Positions 30,001-42,861 of a stretch of 64,000 nucleotides of DNA are shown one piece after another; positions within the stretch are counted from its first letter, which is position 1; each line of letters opens with the position of its first letter. The notes under the pieces are model-generated. The model was given only the letters and a program-made list of their open reading frames with translations. It made no database searches and was not told the origin of the DNA. The position numbers and the translations under genes were made by a program. This stretch comes from Leptolyngbyaceae cyanobacterium (GTDB lineage Bacteria > Cyanobacteriota > Cyanobacteriia > Phormidesmidales > Phormidesmidaceae), in NCBI GenBank assembly GCA_965263355.1, contig CBDHHL010000056.1, positions 1,088,001 through 1,152,000 on the forward strand. The letters run 5' to 3'.

Positions 30001-32404
30001 AACCCATACTGGGTTTGCCAACTATCGGGAGATTGTAGCCTCAGTGCCATATCAACATACTGTCTAGCTGCACTGTAGGCTGTTGCCAGTTTGGCTTTAT
30101 GGGCCGCCTCAAAATTTAGCTGGGCCAGTTGCTGACGTTGAGGAAGATCGCTCACCAAGTCCACTGCATAATTAAACTGATTGGCAATCTCAAACAAACG
30201 AGTCTCTCGTTGGTGAGCTGGCGTATTACATAATAACAATTGACCAATGTTGAGGTGAGTTTGTTGCTTTTGGTCGTGGGCGATTAAGTCATAGGCAGCT
30301 TGCTGAACATGATCGTGGAGGAAACGATACCCGGCCCGACTGTCACTGACGGGATCTTCCACCTGGCTATCATTGTCTTGAAAGAACTTATAGATATCAT
30401 TTTCTGGAATCATTAAGCCATTCTGAAGAACAGGCCATAGTTCAGCGGCCAATTGTCCCTGGGGCGATCACAGGCAACGGCTAAGGTCTCTAAATCAAAC
30501 TGATTACCAATACAAGCTGCCAGCGTCAGTATTGATTGGGTAGCAGCAGGTAGCTTTTGTAAGCGCTGCCCCACAAACTGGATTACATCCTCGGTGAGGG
30601 ATAACTGTCGGAGCTGCGTTAGGTCAAATTGCCAATAGCCTACCGTGGAGTCAAAGGTGATGAGATTTTCTTCATATAGCCCCTGTAGAAACTGGGTAGT
30701 AAAAAAAGGATTTCCCTGAGTTTTTTGATAAATCAGGTCCGCTAATGGTGCAGCCAACTCCATCGAACACTGCAGTGTATCAGCCACCAAATGGTGAATG
30801 TGTTCGGTGCCCAGTGGCTCTAGGCTCAGTCTATGAATAGTTGCTGGGTGTTGCTTGATAGTCTCCAAGGTCAGCATCAGGGGATGGGTTGGAGATACCT
30901 CATTATCTCGATAAGCACCCAGGACCATCAGATAGCCTATCTCTGAATCTATCATCAGCAGATTTAGTAGGTTAAAGGATGCGGCATCGGCCCATTGCCA
31001 ATCGTCAAGAAAAATGACCAGGGGATGTTCTTTTGCTGTAAACACTCGAACGAACTTGCCAAAGAGTAAATTGAATCGTTTTTGGGCGGCATTACCTGAT
31101 AGTTCTGGGATAGGTGGCTGAGTACCCAAGATTGTTTCTAGTTCTGGAATTAAGTCGATAAGCACCTGGGCATTTTCACCCAAGGCACCTAAAATTCGGG
31201 TCTTCCAGGTTTGCAACTCAGCATCGCTCTCGCTGAGCAATTGCCCTACTAGATCTCGAAATGCTTGGATAAAGGCGCTGAAGGGAATATTGCGGTTGAA
31301 CTGGTCAAACTTACCTTTGATAAAATAGCCCCGTTGCCGCACGATAGGCTTGTGGATTTCGTTCACCACAGCCGTTTTGCCAATGCCAGAAAAGCCTGCT
31401 ACCAGCAGCAACTCTGGAGCACCTTGGGCAGCCCGTTCAAAGGCTTCTAGCAATGCCTGGACTTCAGCCTCGCGACCGTAGAGCTTTTCGGGGATGAGGA
31501 AGCGATCGCAAACATCCCGCTGACCCAAGCTAAAGCTAGCGATTTTTCTTTGCTCTTTCCATTGAGTCAAGCATCGTTCAAGGTCGTATTTCAGACCGTG
31601 GGTGCTTTGGTAGCGGTCCTCCGCATTCTTGCCCATCAGTTTAGTAACAATGGCGGCCACCATGGCTGGCAACCCTGGTTTGACTTGATTGACGGCAATG
31701 GGTAACTGCGTCATGTGACAATGGATCAATTCCAATGGATCGCTACTGGTAAACGGTAGTTTTCCTGTCAGTAGTTGATATAGGGTTATCCCCAGAGCGT
31801 AAAAGTCAGCGCGATAGTCAATGGCCCGGTTCATGCGTCCAGTCTGTTCTGGAGCCAAGTAAGCTAGGGTACCTTCTAAGCTCTTGGGACTTTGAATAAC
31901 CTGAGTTTCTTTAGGCAGCAGCGACGCGATGCTGAAGTCAATTAGTTTGATTTGCTTAGAGTCCGGATGAATCAGAATATTAGCGGGTTTGATATCTTTA
32001 TGGATGACCCGGTGCTGGTGCAGCTCATCGAGAATGTCGGCCAGCTGAGTTGCGATGCTAAGGATCTCCACAAGCTCTAAGGAGTATTGCTGCGCATATT
32101 GCCCCAGGTCAATTCCGGCAATGTCTTCCATCACTAGGGCATAGCCGTTACCGCAGGGCTCTAGGCGGTGAGGACGGATGATACCTGCTATCGGTAAGTT
32201 TTTTGCCACCGTGTACTGATTGCGAAACTGCACCAGTTCTGCAAAGCTCGGATACTCCTGAGACAGCACCTTAATCACCACCGACTGCTGGGTTGCTGTT
32301 TCTATGGCTCGGTATACCGTCGTTCGAGTCCCCTGATAAATTGTTTCTGTAAACGAATAACCAGCCAGTTGATGGGAAGAGAGCGGCGCTGCAGTAATGT
32401 TCAT
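27024..32404 (-). pseudogene. Trifunctional Ser/Thr kinase - AAA - GAF - His kinase, copy 2, split by a 1-bp frameshift (real or sequencing error)
   Basis: ORFs 30413-32404 and 27024-30452 join if one G is added to GGGG at 30461-30464 (CDRPQGQLAAELWP, matching copy 1 CKSPVEVVATELWP). Confidence 0.8.
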
Positions 32405-32546
32405 GAGTTGGACTATTCAGGCAATTCAGACTGCTCTTAAATTTCCCAAAATCCGACCTGACCGTATTGGCTATCGAAGCTGAGTAACCTTTCCGCCAAC
32501 TAACGTCGTCCAACTTTTATAATGGACAGACTTAATCACATTTTCA

Positions 32547-33947
32547 ATGACAGTCTCTTCATGCAATCCCATCCATGTTATCGGTGGCGGTCTTGCCGGT
32601 ACGGAAGCCACCTGGCAAATTGCCCAGGCAGGGGTTCCCGTAATGCTGCACGAAATGCGCCCGATCAAGCAGAGCCCTGCTCACCATTCGGAACATGTGG
32701 CTGAGTTGGTGTGTAGCAATTCCTTTGGGGCCAAGGCGACAGATCGCGCGTCGGGACTACTCCATGAAGAACTGCGGCAGCTAGGGTCTGTGGTGATTGG
32801 TAAAGCGGATGAACATGCAGTACCGGCAGGCGGTGCCCTGGCAGTGGATCGAGCTGTCTTTAGCCGTGACCTGACAGAAACACTGGAACAGCATCCGTTG
32901 ATTGAGCTACGTCGCGATGAGGTAACTGAGATTCCAACGGATAGCACGGTGGTATTAACCACTGGGCCGTTAACCAGCGATGCCCTGGCAGCAGATCTAC
33001 GTCGGTTTACGGGCCAGGACTATATGAGCTTTTTTGATGCGGCCAGCCCCATTATTGTGGGTGAGTCCATCAATCATGAGATTGCCTTTATGGCCTCTCG
33101 CTATGACCGGGGGGAGGCAGCCTATCTTAACTGCCCCATGGACAAGGAACAGTATCTGGCCTTTTGGCAGGCGCTGTGTGCAGCGGAACAGGCTGAATTA
33201 AAAGACTTTGAGCAGGAAACAGCGAAGTTTTTTGAAGGCTGTTTACCCATTGAGCAAATGGCTCGCCGGGGGGAAGACACCATGCGCTATGGTCCCCTAA
33301 AGCCCGTTGGCCTGTTTGATACAAACCGATATGGGGCCTTTGATGCGCCAGAAAATAAAGGTAAAAAGCCCTACGCGGTGGTACAGCTTCGTCAAGAAGA
33401 TAAGGGCGGTCAGCTATGGAATATGGTAGGGTTTCAGACCAACTTGCGTTGGGGTGAACAAAAGCGAGTTTTTCGCATGATTCCGGGGCTAGAGCATGCA
33501 GAGTTTGTACGGATGGGCGTGATGCACCGCAATACCTTTATTAATTCGCCAGAGCTGTTGAGCAATGCTCTACAGTTTCACCAGCGGGCAACCCTGTTTG
33601 CGGCGGGTCAACTGGTGGGGACTGAAGGATACACGGCTGCCTGTGCCGGTGGCTGGCTAGCTGGGACAAATGCGGCTCGGTCAGTTTTGGGACTACCGCT
33701 GGTATCATTGCCAGTGACCACCATGATCGGAGCGTTGTTTGGCTTTATTAGCTCAGCAGAACCGAAGCATTTTCAGCCGATGCCGCCTAATTTTGGCATT
33801 TTTCCAGCATTGCCCCAGCGGATTCGCAATAAGCGGGAACGCTATGGGCAATATCGAGATCGCAGCTTTGCCGATCTCCACACCTGGGCCGCCGCCAACC
33901 AAATCAATTTAAAACAACCGAAACAACCGGTTTTAGCCACCGCGTAG
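32547..33947 (+). CDS. trmFO: Methylenetetrahydrofolate--tRNA-(uracil-5-)-methyltransferase
   Basis: [32 protein letters not shown] and FQPMPPNFG. Confidence 0.96.
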   Translation: MTVSSCNPIHVIGGGLAGTEATWQIAQAGVPVMLHEMRPIKQSPAHHSEHVAELVCSNSFGAKATDRASGLLHEELRQLGSVVIGKADEHAVPAGGALAVDRAVFSRDLTETLEQHPLIELRRDEVTEIPTDSTVVLTTGPLTSDALAADLRRFTGQDYMSFFDAASPIIVGESINHEIAFMASRYDRGEAAYLNCPMDKEQYLAFWQALCAAEQAELKDFEQETAKFFEGCLPIEQMARRGEDTMRYGPLKPVGLFDTNRYGAFDAPENKGKKPYAVVQLRQEDKGGQLWNMVGFQTNLRWGEQKRVFRMIPGLEHAEFVRMGVMHRNTFINSPELLSNALQFHQRATLFAAGQLVGTEGYTAACAGGWLAGTNAARSVLGLPLVSLPVTTMIGALFGFISSAEPKHFQPMPPNFGIFPALPQRIRNKRERYGQYRDRSFADLHTWAAANQINLKQPKQPVLATA

Positions 33948-33976
33948 AATAGATATGGCCCATCGCCCCAAAGGCA

Positions 33977-34885
33977 ATGAACAAAAGCCATTTTATTCTG
34001 TTGTTTTTAGATGGATTGGGGTTAGGTACAGCGGGTCCCCACAATCCCTTGAGCGATGCTGCAACCATGCCGAATGTGCGATCGCTATGTGGTCTCCCTT
34101 GGCTAGCAGAAGTCCATATTCAACGGCCAAGTTTTCTCCTCAAACCCATTGACGCCACCCTGGGCGTTCCCGGTTTGCCCCAAAGTGCCACAGGACAAAC
34201 CACCCTCTACACGGGGCATAATGCTGCCAAGTTTCGAGGGAAACACCAAACTGGGTTTGCCAACGGCTCCCTGCGGCAGCTAATCGAACCCTATGGTCTC
34301 TTTAAACAAGTACTGAACCAAGGCGGGACTGCCACCCTGGCCAACTTGTATTCCCCCGCCTATTTTGAAGCCATTGCCCAGCGACGATGGCGATATTCCG
34401 TCTGTACGCTGCTGAACATGACCGCCGGTCTTCCTTTTCGTATGCAATATGAATATGAACAAGGAGAAGCCATTTTTTGGGACATTACCGGGGAAATTGC
34501 CAGCTCTCGCGGTATTATCAAATCGCCTATTAGTCCCGAATTTGCCGGTAAAATTCTAGCAGCCTTAGGCAGTTGTCATAACGTTACTCTCTTTGAGTGC
34601 TATCTGAGTGACTATGCAGGACATGCCCAGGTCCAAGATCAGGCCGTAGCGGTGTTGCAGCGGATTGACCGTTTCTTAGCTGCAGTGATCGACTGCCTAG
34701 GGACAGATACCACACTGATCGTAGTCAGTGACCATGGCAATGTAGAGAATTTGGGCACCAAACGTCATACATTTAACGCAGTCCCCCTGTGGGTAGTGGG
34801 ACCAGCTGCCCACAAATTTATCAATATCCAGGATTTGACTGGCATTACCCCCACTATTTTGACCCATTTATTGCGTCAGGCGTAA
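33977..34885 (+). CDS. Alkaline-phosphatase-superfamily metalloenzyme (phosphoglycerate mutase-like)
   Basis: FLDGLG, PQSATGQT, DYAGH, SDHGN and HT metal-binding motifs. Confidence 0.85.
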   Translation: MNKSHFILLFLDGLGLGTAGPHNPLSDAATMPNVRSLCGLPWLAEVHIQRPSFLLKPIDATLGVPGLPQSATGQTTLYTGHNAAKFRGKHQTGFANGSLRQLIEPYGLFKQVLNQGGTATLANLYSPAYFEAIAQRRWRYSVCTLLNMTAGLPFRMQYEYEQGEAIFWDITGEIASSRGIIKSPISPEFAGKILAALGSCHNVTLFECYLSDYAGHAQVQDQAVAVLQRIDRFLAAVIDCLGTDTTLIVVSDHGNVENLGTKRHTFNAVPLWVVGPAAHKFINIQDLTGITPTILTHLLRQA

Positions 34886-34917
34886 AGCCTTCCCAATCAG
34901 AAAAATTGAGGCTTTCC

Positions 34918-37467
34918 CTACACCGATGCCTTAATAGTGTTACTTGCTGTTTTATGATTATTAAATTTGTTATTTATACCCTCAGAAAGAGAGTCTTCCC
35001 TCTGTCCCTGATGACAGGTATTAAGGACCGTTAATAGCTTTTTAAGATTTTTACTTCTAGGCAGATTATCAACTTTCCCTAGAGAGTAACTAAATTGTTT
35101 ATCAGGTAACTTGGTTTGCACAATGACCGGGATTTCAGCATGGGTAGGATTATCGTCAAGGGCTTCGAATATATCACAGTCATCTTCCCTGAGCATAATT
35201 GAATCTAAGAGAATGATATCGGGCAAAAGTTGATCGACCATTTTTAACCCCTTACGTTTACTGTGGGTCAAAACCACAAAATACCCCTGACTGACCAAGG
35301 TTTTCCAAATTAATTTGCAGTTCTCATCATCCTCATCAACTACCAATATGCATTCCGAATTGGGAACTTTTATGAGCGACGAAATAGGCTCTTCTAGAGC
35401 AGACATAATCTGCTTTTCATCATTCTCATCAGTACTGGGTGCCAATTTTTCTATTGTAGTTAGTTCAGAGGTTTCAGACGACAATACAGTCTCTGTGATG
35501 GTTTGTGGAATTCTGATAGTAAACGTCGTACCTTGACCAACTTCGCTCTCAACATTGACTGTGCCACCCATCATCTGCACAAATCTCTTAGTAATGGTTA
35601 ATCCGAGACCGGTTCCACCATATTTTCGTGTAGTTGAAGAGTCAGCCTGGGCAAAGGCATTAAAAATCTTTTGCAATTGTTCAGGTAACATGCCGATACC
35701 TGTATCTTGAATTTGAAAATTTATCCACTGCCCATTGCTGGTATTTTCAGCCGTGGCACTCAAAGTAATCGTTCCACCTTGAGTGAACTTGCTAGCATTG
35801 CTCAATAGATTGAAAAGGCTTTGACGTACTTTAACCTCATCTGCATACATGTTACCAATGTGATTGTCACACTGGATTTTTAGAATGTTGTTATTCTTTT
35901 CAATAACAGGCTGCATTGTTGCTGCAACATCCTGCACCAAGGAGGTAATTGAAAATGTCTCTAAATACATTTCCATACGTCCAGCCTCTACCTTAGAGAG
36001 ATCTAGGACATCGTTAATTAGGCCCAAGAGGTGTTTTCCTGCACCTTGAATCTTTTGGAGTTCCGGAATAAAGTCTTCCTGCTTAAAATCCTCTGCATCT
36101 TCCTCAAGCATTTCACTATAGCCAATAATGGCATTGAGTGGAGTACGTAGCTCATGGCTCATATTGGCAAGAAACTCACTTTTTGCCTGGTTAGCCTTTT
36201 CTGCTTTAAGGCGCTCAGCTTCAGCCTTTTCTTGGGCTTCATAGGCTTTTCTCAAAGCCTCATCATTGGCCTCAAGGCTCAAGGCCAGTTGAAATTCAGC
36301 TTTTTTGCGAGAGCTGATATCTTGCCAAAAGATTGAAAGACCTTCTGCACTAGGGTTAAGACGAACCTCAAACCAACGCGCTTTGACAGCAAACCGAGTT
36401 TCAAACGTTATTAAGGTTTGTTGGTTACGTGCTGCTTGATAATTATTTTCTTGATCCTTGCCGAGTTCTGCAGGAAATACATGCCAAATCAGTTGTCCGA
36501 TCAGTTTATCTGGTGACTGATCTAAATCTCTTGCAGCATGGGCGTTGGCATAGATGATTTTCCAATGACTATCGACATCGATAAAGGCATCATCAATACT
36601 CTCAGATAAAAAGTTAGTGATTTTTTCAACTTTTCGAGATTGAATCCTTTGTAGAACCACATAAAAGGTGACGCCTACAATGCCAATTCCCCATAGGAGC
36701 GCTGCTAGCTGGAATAACTTAACTCTTTTATTTACTGTCAGATAGGCATCATCATAGGTGTCCGACAGAGTTTTTAACTGCTGCACTGTGGGTAATGCCG
36801 ATAAAGCTTGGGTACTTTGAATAGTCCGAGGCTTGTTATCTAGGATAACTCTAATGTTCTCCAGAATAGTCTCAACATCACTGCTGTAGCTAACATCACC
36901 ACTATCTAGCGCCTGAACTTCAGGAATTCGCCGTTGGATATCAGGGACTAATGCCTCATCTGAGGAAACGGTGTAAAGTACAACCAGATTAAGGAGTTCA
37001 ATCAGAGGTTCATAAATCTGACTCACATTGGATGACCTGCTTTTGACCTTGATATCATTGGTCAACGTCATCAAGGTTGATAGTGAATCCTTAATGAGCA
37101 AATTTTGCGCTTGAAATTGTTCTGAAAGATCAGCTTTCTGAGCTAGTAGCTGGTTATATTTGTCAAGTTTTTTTTGTAGTTTCTGAACTTGCTGATTGGT
37201 TAGAAAGTCAGGAAATTCTTCAAGCTTATTTTGAACTTCAGTGAGCTGATATAGGTTTTGAATTAATTGTTCGTGGGAGGGCTGCAGTGCCTGTTGGTTG
37301 TCTATAACAGTCTGATTAACCGCTAAATCGTTTTGAAGTTGCTCTGATAGGTAATCTTGATAGCGCAAATGCTCATCAACGTTAACTGAATATCCTTTTA
37401 TTAAAAGCCCAAACCAAATTAGCAGTGAACTCACTGTGACCGAAAGTATGACTGGTTTATATTTCAT
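34918..37467 (-). CDS. Hybrid sensor histidine kinase (DAHL-like helical sensor, PAS, HisKA, HATPase, receiver)
   Basis: Two TMs flanking a helical domain; PAS (IIYAN); [22 protein letters not shown]; receiver PDIILLD. Confidence 0.88.
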   Translation of the reverse strand: MKYKPVILSVTVSSLLIWFGLLIKGYSVNVDEHLRYQDYLSEQLQNDLAVNQTVIDNQQALQPSHEQLIQNLYQLTEVQNKLEEFPDFLTNQQVQKLQKKLDKYNQLLAQKADLSEQFQAQNLLIKDSLSTLMTLTNDIKVKSRSSNVSQIYEPLIELLNLVVLYTVSSDEALVPDIQRRIPEVQALDSGDVSYSSDVETILENIRVILDNKPRTIQSTQALSALPTVQQLKTLSDTYDDAYLTVNKRVKLFQLAALLWGIGIVGVTFYVVLQRIQSRKVEKITNFLSESIDDAFIDVDSHWKIIYANAHAARDLDQSPDKLIGQLIWHVFPAELGKDQENNYQAARNQQTLITFETRFAVKARWFEVRLNPSAEGLSIFWQDISSRKKAEFQLALSLEANDEALRKAYEAQEKAEAERLKAEKANQAKSEFLANMSHELRTPLNAIIGYSEMLEEDAEDFKQEDFIPELQKIQGAGKHLLGLINDVLDLSKVEAGRMEMYLETFSITSLVQDVAATMQPVIEKNNNILKIQCDNHIGNMYADEVKVRQSLFNLLSNASKFTQGGTITLSATAENTSNGQWINFQIQDTGIGMLPEQLQKIFNAFAQADSSTTRKYGGTGLGLTITKRFVQMMGGTVNVESEVGQGTTFTIRIPQTITETVLSSETSELTTIEKLAPSTDENDEKQIMSALEEPISSLIKVPNSECILVVDEDDENCKLIWKTLVSQGYFVVLTHSKRKGLKMVDQLLPDIILLDSIMLREDDCDIFEALDDNPTHAEIPVIVQTKLPDKQFSYSLGKVDNLPRSKNLKKLLTVLNTCHQGQREDSLSEGINNKFNNHKTASNTIKASV

Positions 37468-37972
37468 ACTTCATTCCATCGGAAAATTAACGCTCAGCAC
37501 ATTGAATAAAAGGGTCCCATCGATATCTGCTTATTTAAGAGACCCTGCTCACAGGGAAATTGCCCATATTTCTTGCCATTTGAACATAGGTTGCAGGTTA
37601 TTGCTGTGTAGATTTTTCGATAGGCACTAGGTAATCTAGTGATGGCAACAGTAAACACAAATACCAATACAAGCAGACAAGATATTTATCTGGAAAGAAT
37701 GGCACAATCTATCACTAGAAAACTGATTATTATGCAATTTAGGTGATTATCAAAATACGCCGATTAAAAAGATAAAAACTTAAAAATTTATCTGAAATCT
37801 GGGGAACTTTCTAAAAGTTGAGTCATTAACGATAAATCTCTTTATTAGGGAAAATCTTAACTCACTGAGCTGGCTGTTTATTCAGAATTTATTTAGCAAA
37901 GAGATTATGCATTAAGGGGACTGAATAAAAATAGGGTTACCTCTAGTGATATAGATTTGCTTAAGTATAAGT

Positions 37973-38815
37973 CTATTGGTGGTAGAGTTTCTCATAAAAC
38001 TGAATGAGAGTTTGGCTAAAAATCTCTGGCTCTACTAAAAATGCCCAATGGTTTCCGGGAATTGTCTGGATCTCTAAATTCTTTAAAAATTTCTGATAAG
38101 GCTTAAGTTGCCAGTTAAACCGATTTACACCAGTCTCTGGTTGCATAAACAAACTGGGAACATTTATCTCTTTGATCAACCCTGGAATGCGCAGTACTGC
38201 ATCAAAGATGCCATCCCGTGCTTCAACCGTAAACTTGCTGCCCACTGTACCATCGGATTTCTCTTCCAAACTCTGTCGGAAAACAGATTCTTGTAATGCG
38301 TTCCAGTCTCCATACTGTTTCATTTGCTTCCCCTGCAGAATGGCTGCATTCCAATCGGCAAATGGTCCCATCCCCTTTAGAAAAGGTAGAGTTCCATAAA
38401 ATAGAGGAAACGTCAATCGAAAGACACCTGGCATCCCATACACAAAAATTGGGTCCACTAGCACCATGCTTAAAAACCGTTCTGGCTGCCTGGTTGCCCA
38501 GTAGGTCGCCACCTTACCCGACCATGAGTGCCCAATGACATGGGCCGCAGACCAACCCAGATAATCCATCAGCTGCGTCAGGTCATTCATTACCGTATCA
38601 AAGTCATAGCCGCTGTTTGGTTTGTTGCTTTCACCATGGCCCCTCATATCCACAGCAATTGGACGATAACAATGGGCTAATTGGTCACCTACAGCAGTCC
38701 AAACCAGCGCATGATCTGCCAAACCATGAAGTAGCAAAACTGGTTCACCATCAGTTTGCCAATCTAGATAGGACAGTTCAATCTGGTTTAGGGAAACCGT
38801 ATTTCTGATTGCCAT
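37973..38815 (-). CDS. Alpha/beta fold hydrolase
   Basis: LLLHG, DMRGHG, GHSWSG nucleophile elbow and C-terminal GNHW; start uncertain (38815-38836). Confidence 0.9.
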   Translation of the reverse strand: MAIRNTVSLNQIELSYLDWQTDGEPVLLLHGLADHALVWTAVGDQLAHCYRPIAVDMRGHGESNKPNSGYDFDTVMNDLTQLMDYLGWSAAHVIGHSWSGKVATYWATRQPERFLSMVLVDPIFVYGMPGVFRLTFPLFYGTLPFLKGMGPFADWNAAILQGKQMKQYGDWNALQESVFRQSLEEKSDGTVGSKFTVEARDGIFDAVLRIPGLIKEINVPSLFMQPETGVNRFNWQLKPYQKFLKNLEIQTIPGNHWAFLVEPEIFSQTLIQFYEKLYHQ

Positions 38816-39294
38816 CGGGGCAGACATACACAGCACTTTCTATAATCGCACCCTTAAGTCCATACAGTCTTGACGTTTCCTAAACAGACGCTGCCCCTGA
38901 GAACATAGGAACCATGGCATCTTTATTCAAGTCCAATAGAGAAATAGCATTATTGATTTTTAGGACAGACTGGCAAAATCAATGTAATTCGTCAAAACTT
39001 TATAAACTTCATCCTTGCTTTATAAATTTCATCCTTGCCAACCTTGGTAACATTGAAGAAGAAATCATTGATGGGCTGCATTTATCATCGACATTAGGTC
39101 AAAGGATCACTTACTAACCTATCCAGAGCAGTATACTGACTGTGCAAATATGGAGCGTAGAACTTATTTTAAGTTCTAGACTCTATGGATTTCATTCTTC
39201 TCAGCTTACTAAGCATTTTGAAATTACAGGATGAATTTAGCCACTGTTCTAGTATGTAAGTTTTGACCTGTGGATCTTTCTGTAAATTGATGAA

Positions 39295-42200
39295 ATGCAA
39301 TTCATCCCCAGATTCAGCAATGCCAAGCAACCTACACGCTACCAACCCATCGCCACTGTGTCTTCCGAAGATAGACATTCTGTAGAAGAATTCAAAGCTA
39401 TCTGTCGTCCATTAGGGCTTGATCCTGTCTTGAACGATACCATAGCAGAAATCAGACAGCTGCTTAATGTAGACCGAGTTGCTGTTTTTCAATTCGTTTC
39501 AGATACCCATGGAGATGGTTCATTTATTGCTGAAGATGTGGCTTCAGGTTACCCATCTGTGCTAGCTGGAAAGCTTTATGAACATTTTGGGGATGAGCAA
39601 TCTATTGTTCAATATCAAGTAGGGCAACCAGAGGTTGTAGCGGATATTCATACAGCTGACTTGAGTGCTCAGTATGTGGAGGTTCTAGATCAGTTACATG
39701 TGCGTTCTAGTTTGGTTGTCCCCATCCTTAAAGAAAAATGTTTATGGGGATTATTGTGTGTGCATGCCTGCCAAGTTTCTCGTCTATGGCGTACAGAAGA
39801 AATTAATTTGGTACAACAAATTGTAGATCAGCTTAGAGTAAGCCTACAGCCAAAAGAAGAGCCTGCCAAGTTATATCTCCCAGTTAAAGAAATTGCCTAT
39901 ATTGATCGAGACAAGGCCCTTGCTAAAACCATTAATAAGATTCGTCAGTCCTTTGATATAGATATCCTATTTCAATCTGTCACAACGGAAATCCGTCATC
40001 TTTTGGCAGCAGATCGGGTGGCGGTATTTCAGTTTACACGTGATCAAAGTTGGGAAGGGGAATTTGTGTCTGAGGATGTTTCAGACAATTGGCGTTCTAT
40101 TTTAACTCAGAGGGTATACGAACATGACTTTGAGGAGCAATTTGTTAATCAACATGATGAGAGACGAGTGCATACGATTAGTGATATTTACACCGCTGAT
40201 CTAAATAGCAGTCATATCAATGTTTTAGAGCGGTTTGAGGTGAGGGCAAGCTTGGTCGTGCCTATCCTTCAGGGCAAACAACTGTGGGGATTACTCTGCG
40301 TCCATCAATGTGAACGTGTCCGTCACTGGAGTGCGGACGATATTAAATTTGTACAGCAAATTGTTGAGTATTTAAGCTTTGCTTTGCAACAACTTAGTCT
40401 GCTGGAACGGTTGCGTTATCAGACTGAACAGCAAAAATCTCTGACTGGTGTGATTACTCGTATCCGCGAATCACTAAACTTAGAAACTATTTTCCAAACA
40501 ACTGCCCAGGAAGTTCGACAGCTTTTGAAGACCGATCAAGTCAGTATTTTCTTTTTTCAAAATGAAGAACTTTGGGAAGGTCAGTTTGTGGCTGAAGATT
40601 GTGGTGAGGGGATTACTTCAATCTTGGAGGAGCAAATCTACGACCAACATTTTGGTAAAAACTATGCGCTTCTCTATGAGGAAGGACGCATGTATATCTC
40701 AAACAATATTTATGAAAGTAACCTCAAGGAGAACTATATTCAAACACTAGAGCGGTTTGGCATTAAGGCGAATGTAGTGTCGCCTATTATGAATGGTGCA
40801 GAGTTATGGGGATTACTTTGCATTCACCAGTGTCAGGGACCTCGACAGTGGCAGATTTCTGAGATTGAGTTTATTGATCAAATCGCTAAACATTTGGGGG
40901 TAGCCCTTGAGCAGTGGAGCCAGGTTGAGCAATTAAAGCTGCAAGCAGCTCAATTGGCTTATATTTCGTCTCGTGAACAGGCTCTAGAACAACAGCAATT
41001 ATTATCTCAGACCATTAATGCTATTCGTGATTCTCTACAAATCGAAGAGATTTTTGATACGACAACAAAAAGCATTCAATCGTTATTTAAAACTGATCGA
41101 GTTGTCATTTATCAATTTAATTCTGACTGGAGTGGTCAGTTTGTGGCCGAATCCGTAGCCGATGGCTGGCCTAAACTGGTGCGTTCCCAGGGGGTTATTC
41201 AAGACGCCTATTTGATGAAAACCTATGGCGGACGCTATGCACAGCAGGAAACGTTAGCTGTTAATGATATCTTCCAGACTGACTGTGAAGCTGATCATAT
41301 GACGCTATTGCAAGGCTCATCTGCTCGTGCCTATATAATTGTGCCGATTATGGAAGGCAGTCGCCTCTGGGGGCTATTAGCAGCTTGCCAAAACTCTTGC
41401 CCTCGTCATTGGGAAACGGATGAAATTGATTTCTTATCTCAGATAAGTACGCAATTGGGGGTGGCGCTTAATCAAGCAGAAACCGTTGCCCAAGTACGTG
41501 AACAAGCTGCAGCTTTACAAAAAGCAACGGATCGCCAAAGGGCACTCACACTAACCATTGATAAAATTCGTCAATCGTTAGATATTGACGTAATTTTTAC
41601 GACGACAACCCAAGAGGTACGACAACTGCTTGAGGTAGATCGGGTAGCTATTTATCGCTTTAATTCTGATTGGAGTGGGGCTTTTGTCGCTGATTCGATT
41701 GTAGATGGTTGGCAGCCCGCTGTACCGACTCAAGCCATTATTCAAGATGTGTTTTCTAGGCCTGATCAAGTGGGTCAGTTGCCGCGCAATGAATTTTTTG
41801 TTCCTATCTCTCAAGGGGAAAAGCTTTGGGGCTTATTGATGGCCTATCAAACGTCAAAGCCTCGATACTGGGATGATGACGAAGTGGGGCTATTGGCCCA
41901 GGTAGGAACACAACTGGGTATAGCGTTACAGCAGGCAGAACTGTTAAATAAAACTCAACAACAAACTGCAACGTTAAACCAGACATTACAAACGTTAAAA
42001 AATACCCAAGCTCGATTAGTACAAGGTGAGAAGATGGCGGGCTTGGGGCAATTATCGGCGGGTATCGCCCACGAAATCAATAATCCAGTTGGGTTTATTT
42101 CTAGTAATCTGGAACCAATGCAAGAATATGTTGCGGGTCTCCTGGAGTTACTGCAGCTTTACCAGCAGCATTACTCCGAACCAGCACAATTGATTCAGGA

Positions 42201-42861
42201 AAAAATAGATGATATTGAGCTGGAGTTTATATTAGAAGACTTACCCAAGATCATGGCATCTATGAGAATGGGGACTGATCGCATTGTCGATATTGTTAAG
42301 AGCATGCAGAACTTTTCTCGCGTGGATGAGTCAGCGATTAAAAATGTAGATATTCACCAGGGAATTGACAGCGCGCTATTAATTTTGAGGCATCGTTTGA
42401 AGGCCTATAAACAACGACCCACGATCAAGGTTGTGAAATCCTATGGGAATTTACCTTTGATTCAATGCTATGCGAGCCATCTCAATCAGGTGTTTATGAA
42501 TATTCTAGTCAATGCTGTAGACGCATTTGATGACTATCAGTTTTCGGATAGTCACAGCCCAGAAATTCGGATATCTACCCATTGGCAAGAAAATCAGAAC
42601 TCTCTGTCGATAGAATTTTCAGACAATGGTCCTGGCATTCCCGAGGATATTTTGGCTAATATTTTTAATCCGTTTTTTACCACCAAACCTGTGGGTAAGG
42701 GGACTGGGTTAGGGCTATCCATTAGCTATCAAATTGTAACGGAAATGCACGGAGGTAAGCTGTCTTGCCAATCTAAGATAGGCTTAGGAACGACGTTTTG
42801 CATTGAGATGCCGTTGACTATTTCAGGGTTGAACGCGGGTGAGGTTAAGCAGATTATTTGA
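39295..42861 (+). CDS. Multi-GAF (cyanobacteriochrome-like) sensor histidine kinase
   Basis: Five DRV..F...LWGLL GAF units (fifth internally shortened); [15 protein letters not shown]. Confidence 0.92.
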   Translation: MQFIPRFSNAKQPTRYQPIATVSSEDRHSVEEFKAICRPLGLDPVLNDTIAEIRQLLNVDRVAVFQFVSDTHGDGSFIAEDVASGYPSVLAGKLYEHFGDEQSIVQYQVGQPEVVADIHTADLSAQYVEVLDQLHVRSSLVVPILKEKCLWGLLCVHACQVSRLWRTEEINLVQQIVDQLRVSLQPKEEPAKLYLPVKEIAYIDRDKALAKTINKIRQSFDIDILFQSVTTEIRHLLAADRVAVFQFTRDQSWEGEFVSEDVSDNWRSILTQRVYEHDFEEQFVNQHDERRVHTISDIYTADLNSSHINVLERFEVRASLVVPILQGKQLWGLLCVHQCERVRHWSADDIKFVQQIVEYLSFALQQLSLLERLRYQTEQQKSLTGVITRIRESLNLETIFQTTAQEVRQLLKTDQVSIFFFQNEELWEGQFVAEDCGEGITSILEEQIYDQHFGKNYALLYEEGRMYISNNIYESNLKENYIQTLERFGIKANVVSPIMNGAELWGLLCIHQCQGPRQWQISEIEFIDQIAKHLGVALEQWSQVEQLKLQAAQLAYISSREQALEQQQLLSQTINAIRDSLQIEEIFDTTTKSIQSLFKTDRVVIYQFNSDWSGQFVAESVADGWPKLVRSQGVIQDAYLMKTYGGRYAQQETLAVNDIFQTDCEADHMTLLQGSSARAYIIVPIMEGSRLWGLLAACQNSCPRHWETDEIDFLSQISTQLGVALNQAETVAQVREQAAALQKATDRQRALTLTIDKIRQSLDIDVIFTTTTQEVRQLLEVDRVAIYRFNSDWSGAFVADSIVDGWQPAVPTQAIIQDVFSRPDQVGQLPRNEFFVPISQGEKLWGLLMAYQTSKPRYWDDDEVGLLAQVGTQLGIALQQAELLNKTQQQTATLNQTLQTLKNTQARLVQGEKMAGLGQLSAGIAHEINNPVGFISSNLEPMQEYVAGLLELLQLYQQHYSEPAQLIQEKIDDIELEFILEDLPKIMASMRMGTDRIVDIVKSMQNFSRVDESAIKNVDIHQGIDSALLILRHRLKAYKQRPTIKVVKSYGNLPLIQCYASHLNQVFMNILVNAVDAFDDYQFSDSHSPEIRISTHWQENQNSLSIEFSDNGPGIPEDILANIFNPFFTTKPVGKGTGLGLSISYQIVTEMHGGKLSCQSKIGLGTTFCIEMPLTISGLNAGEVKQII

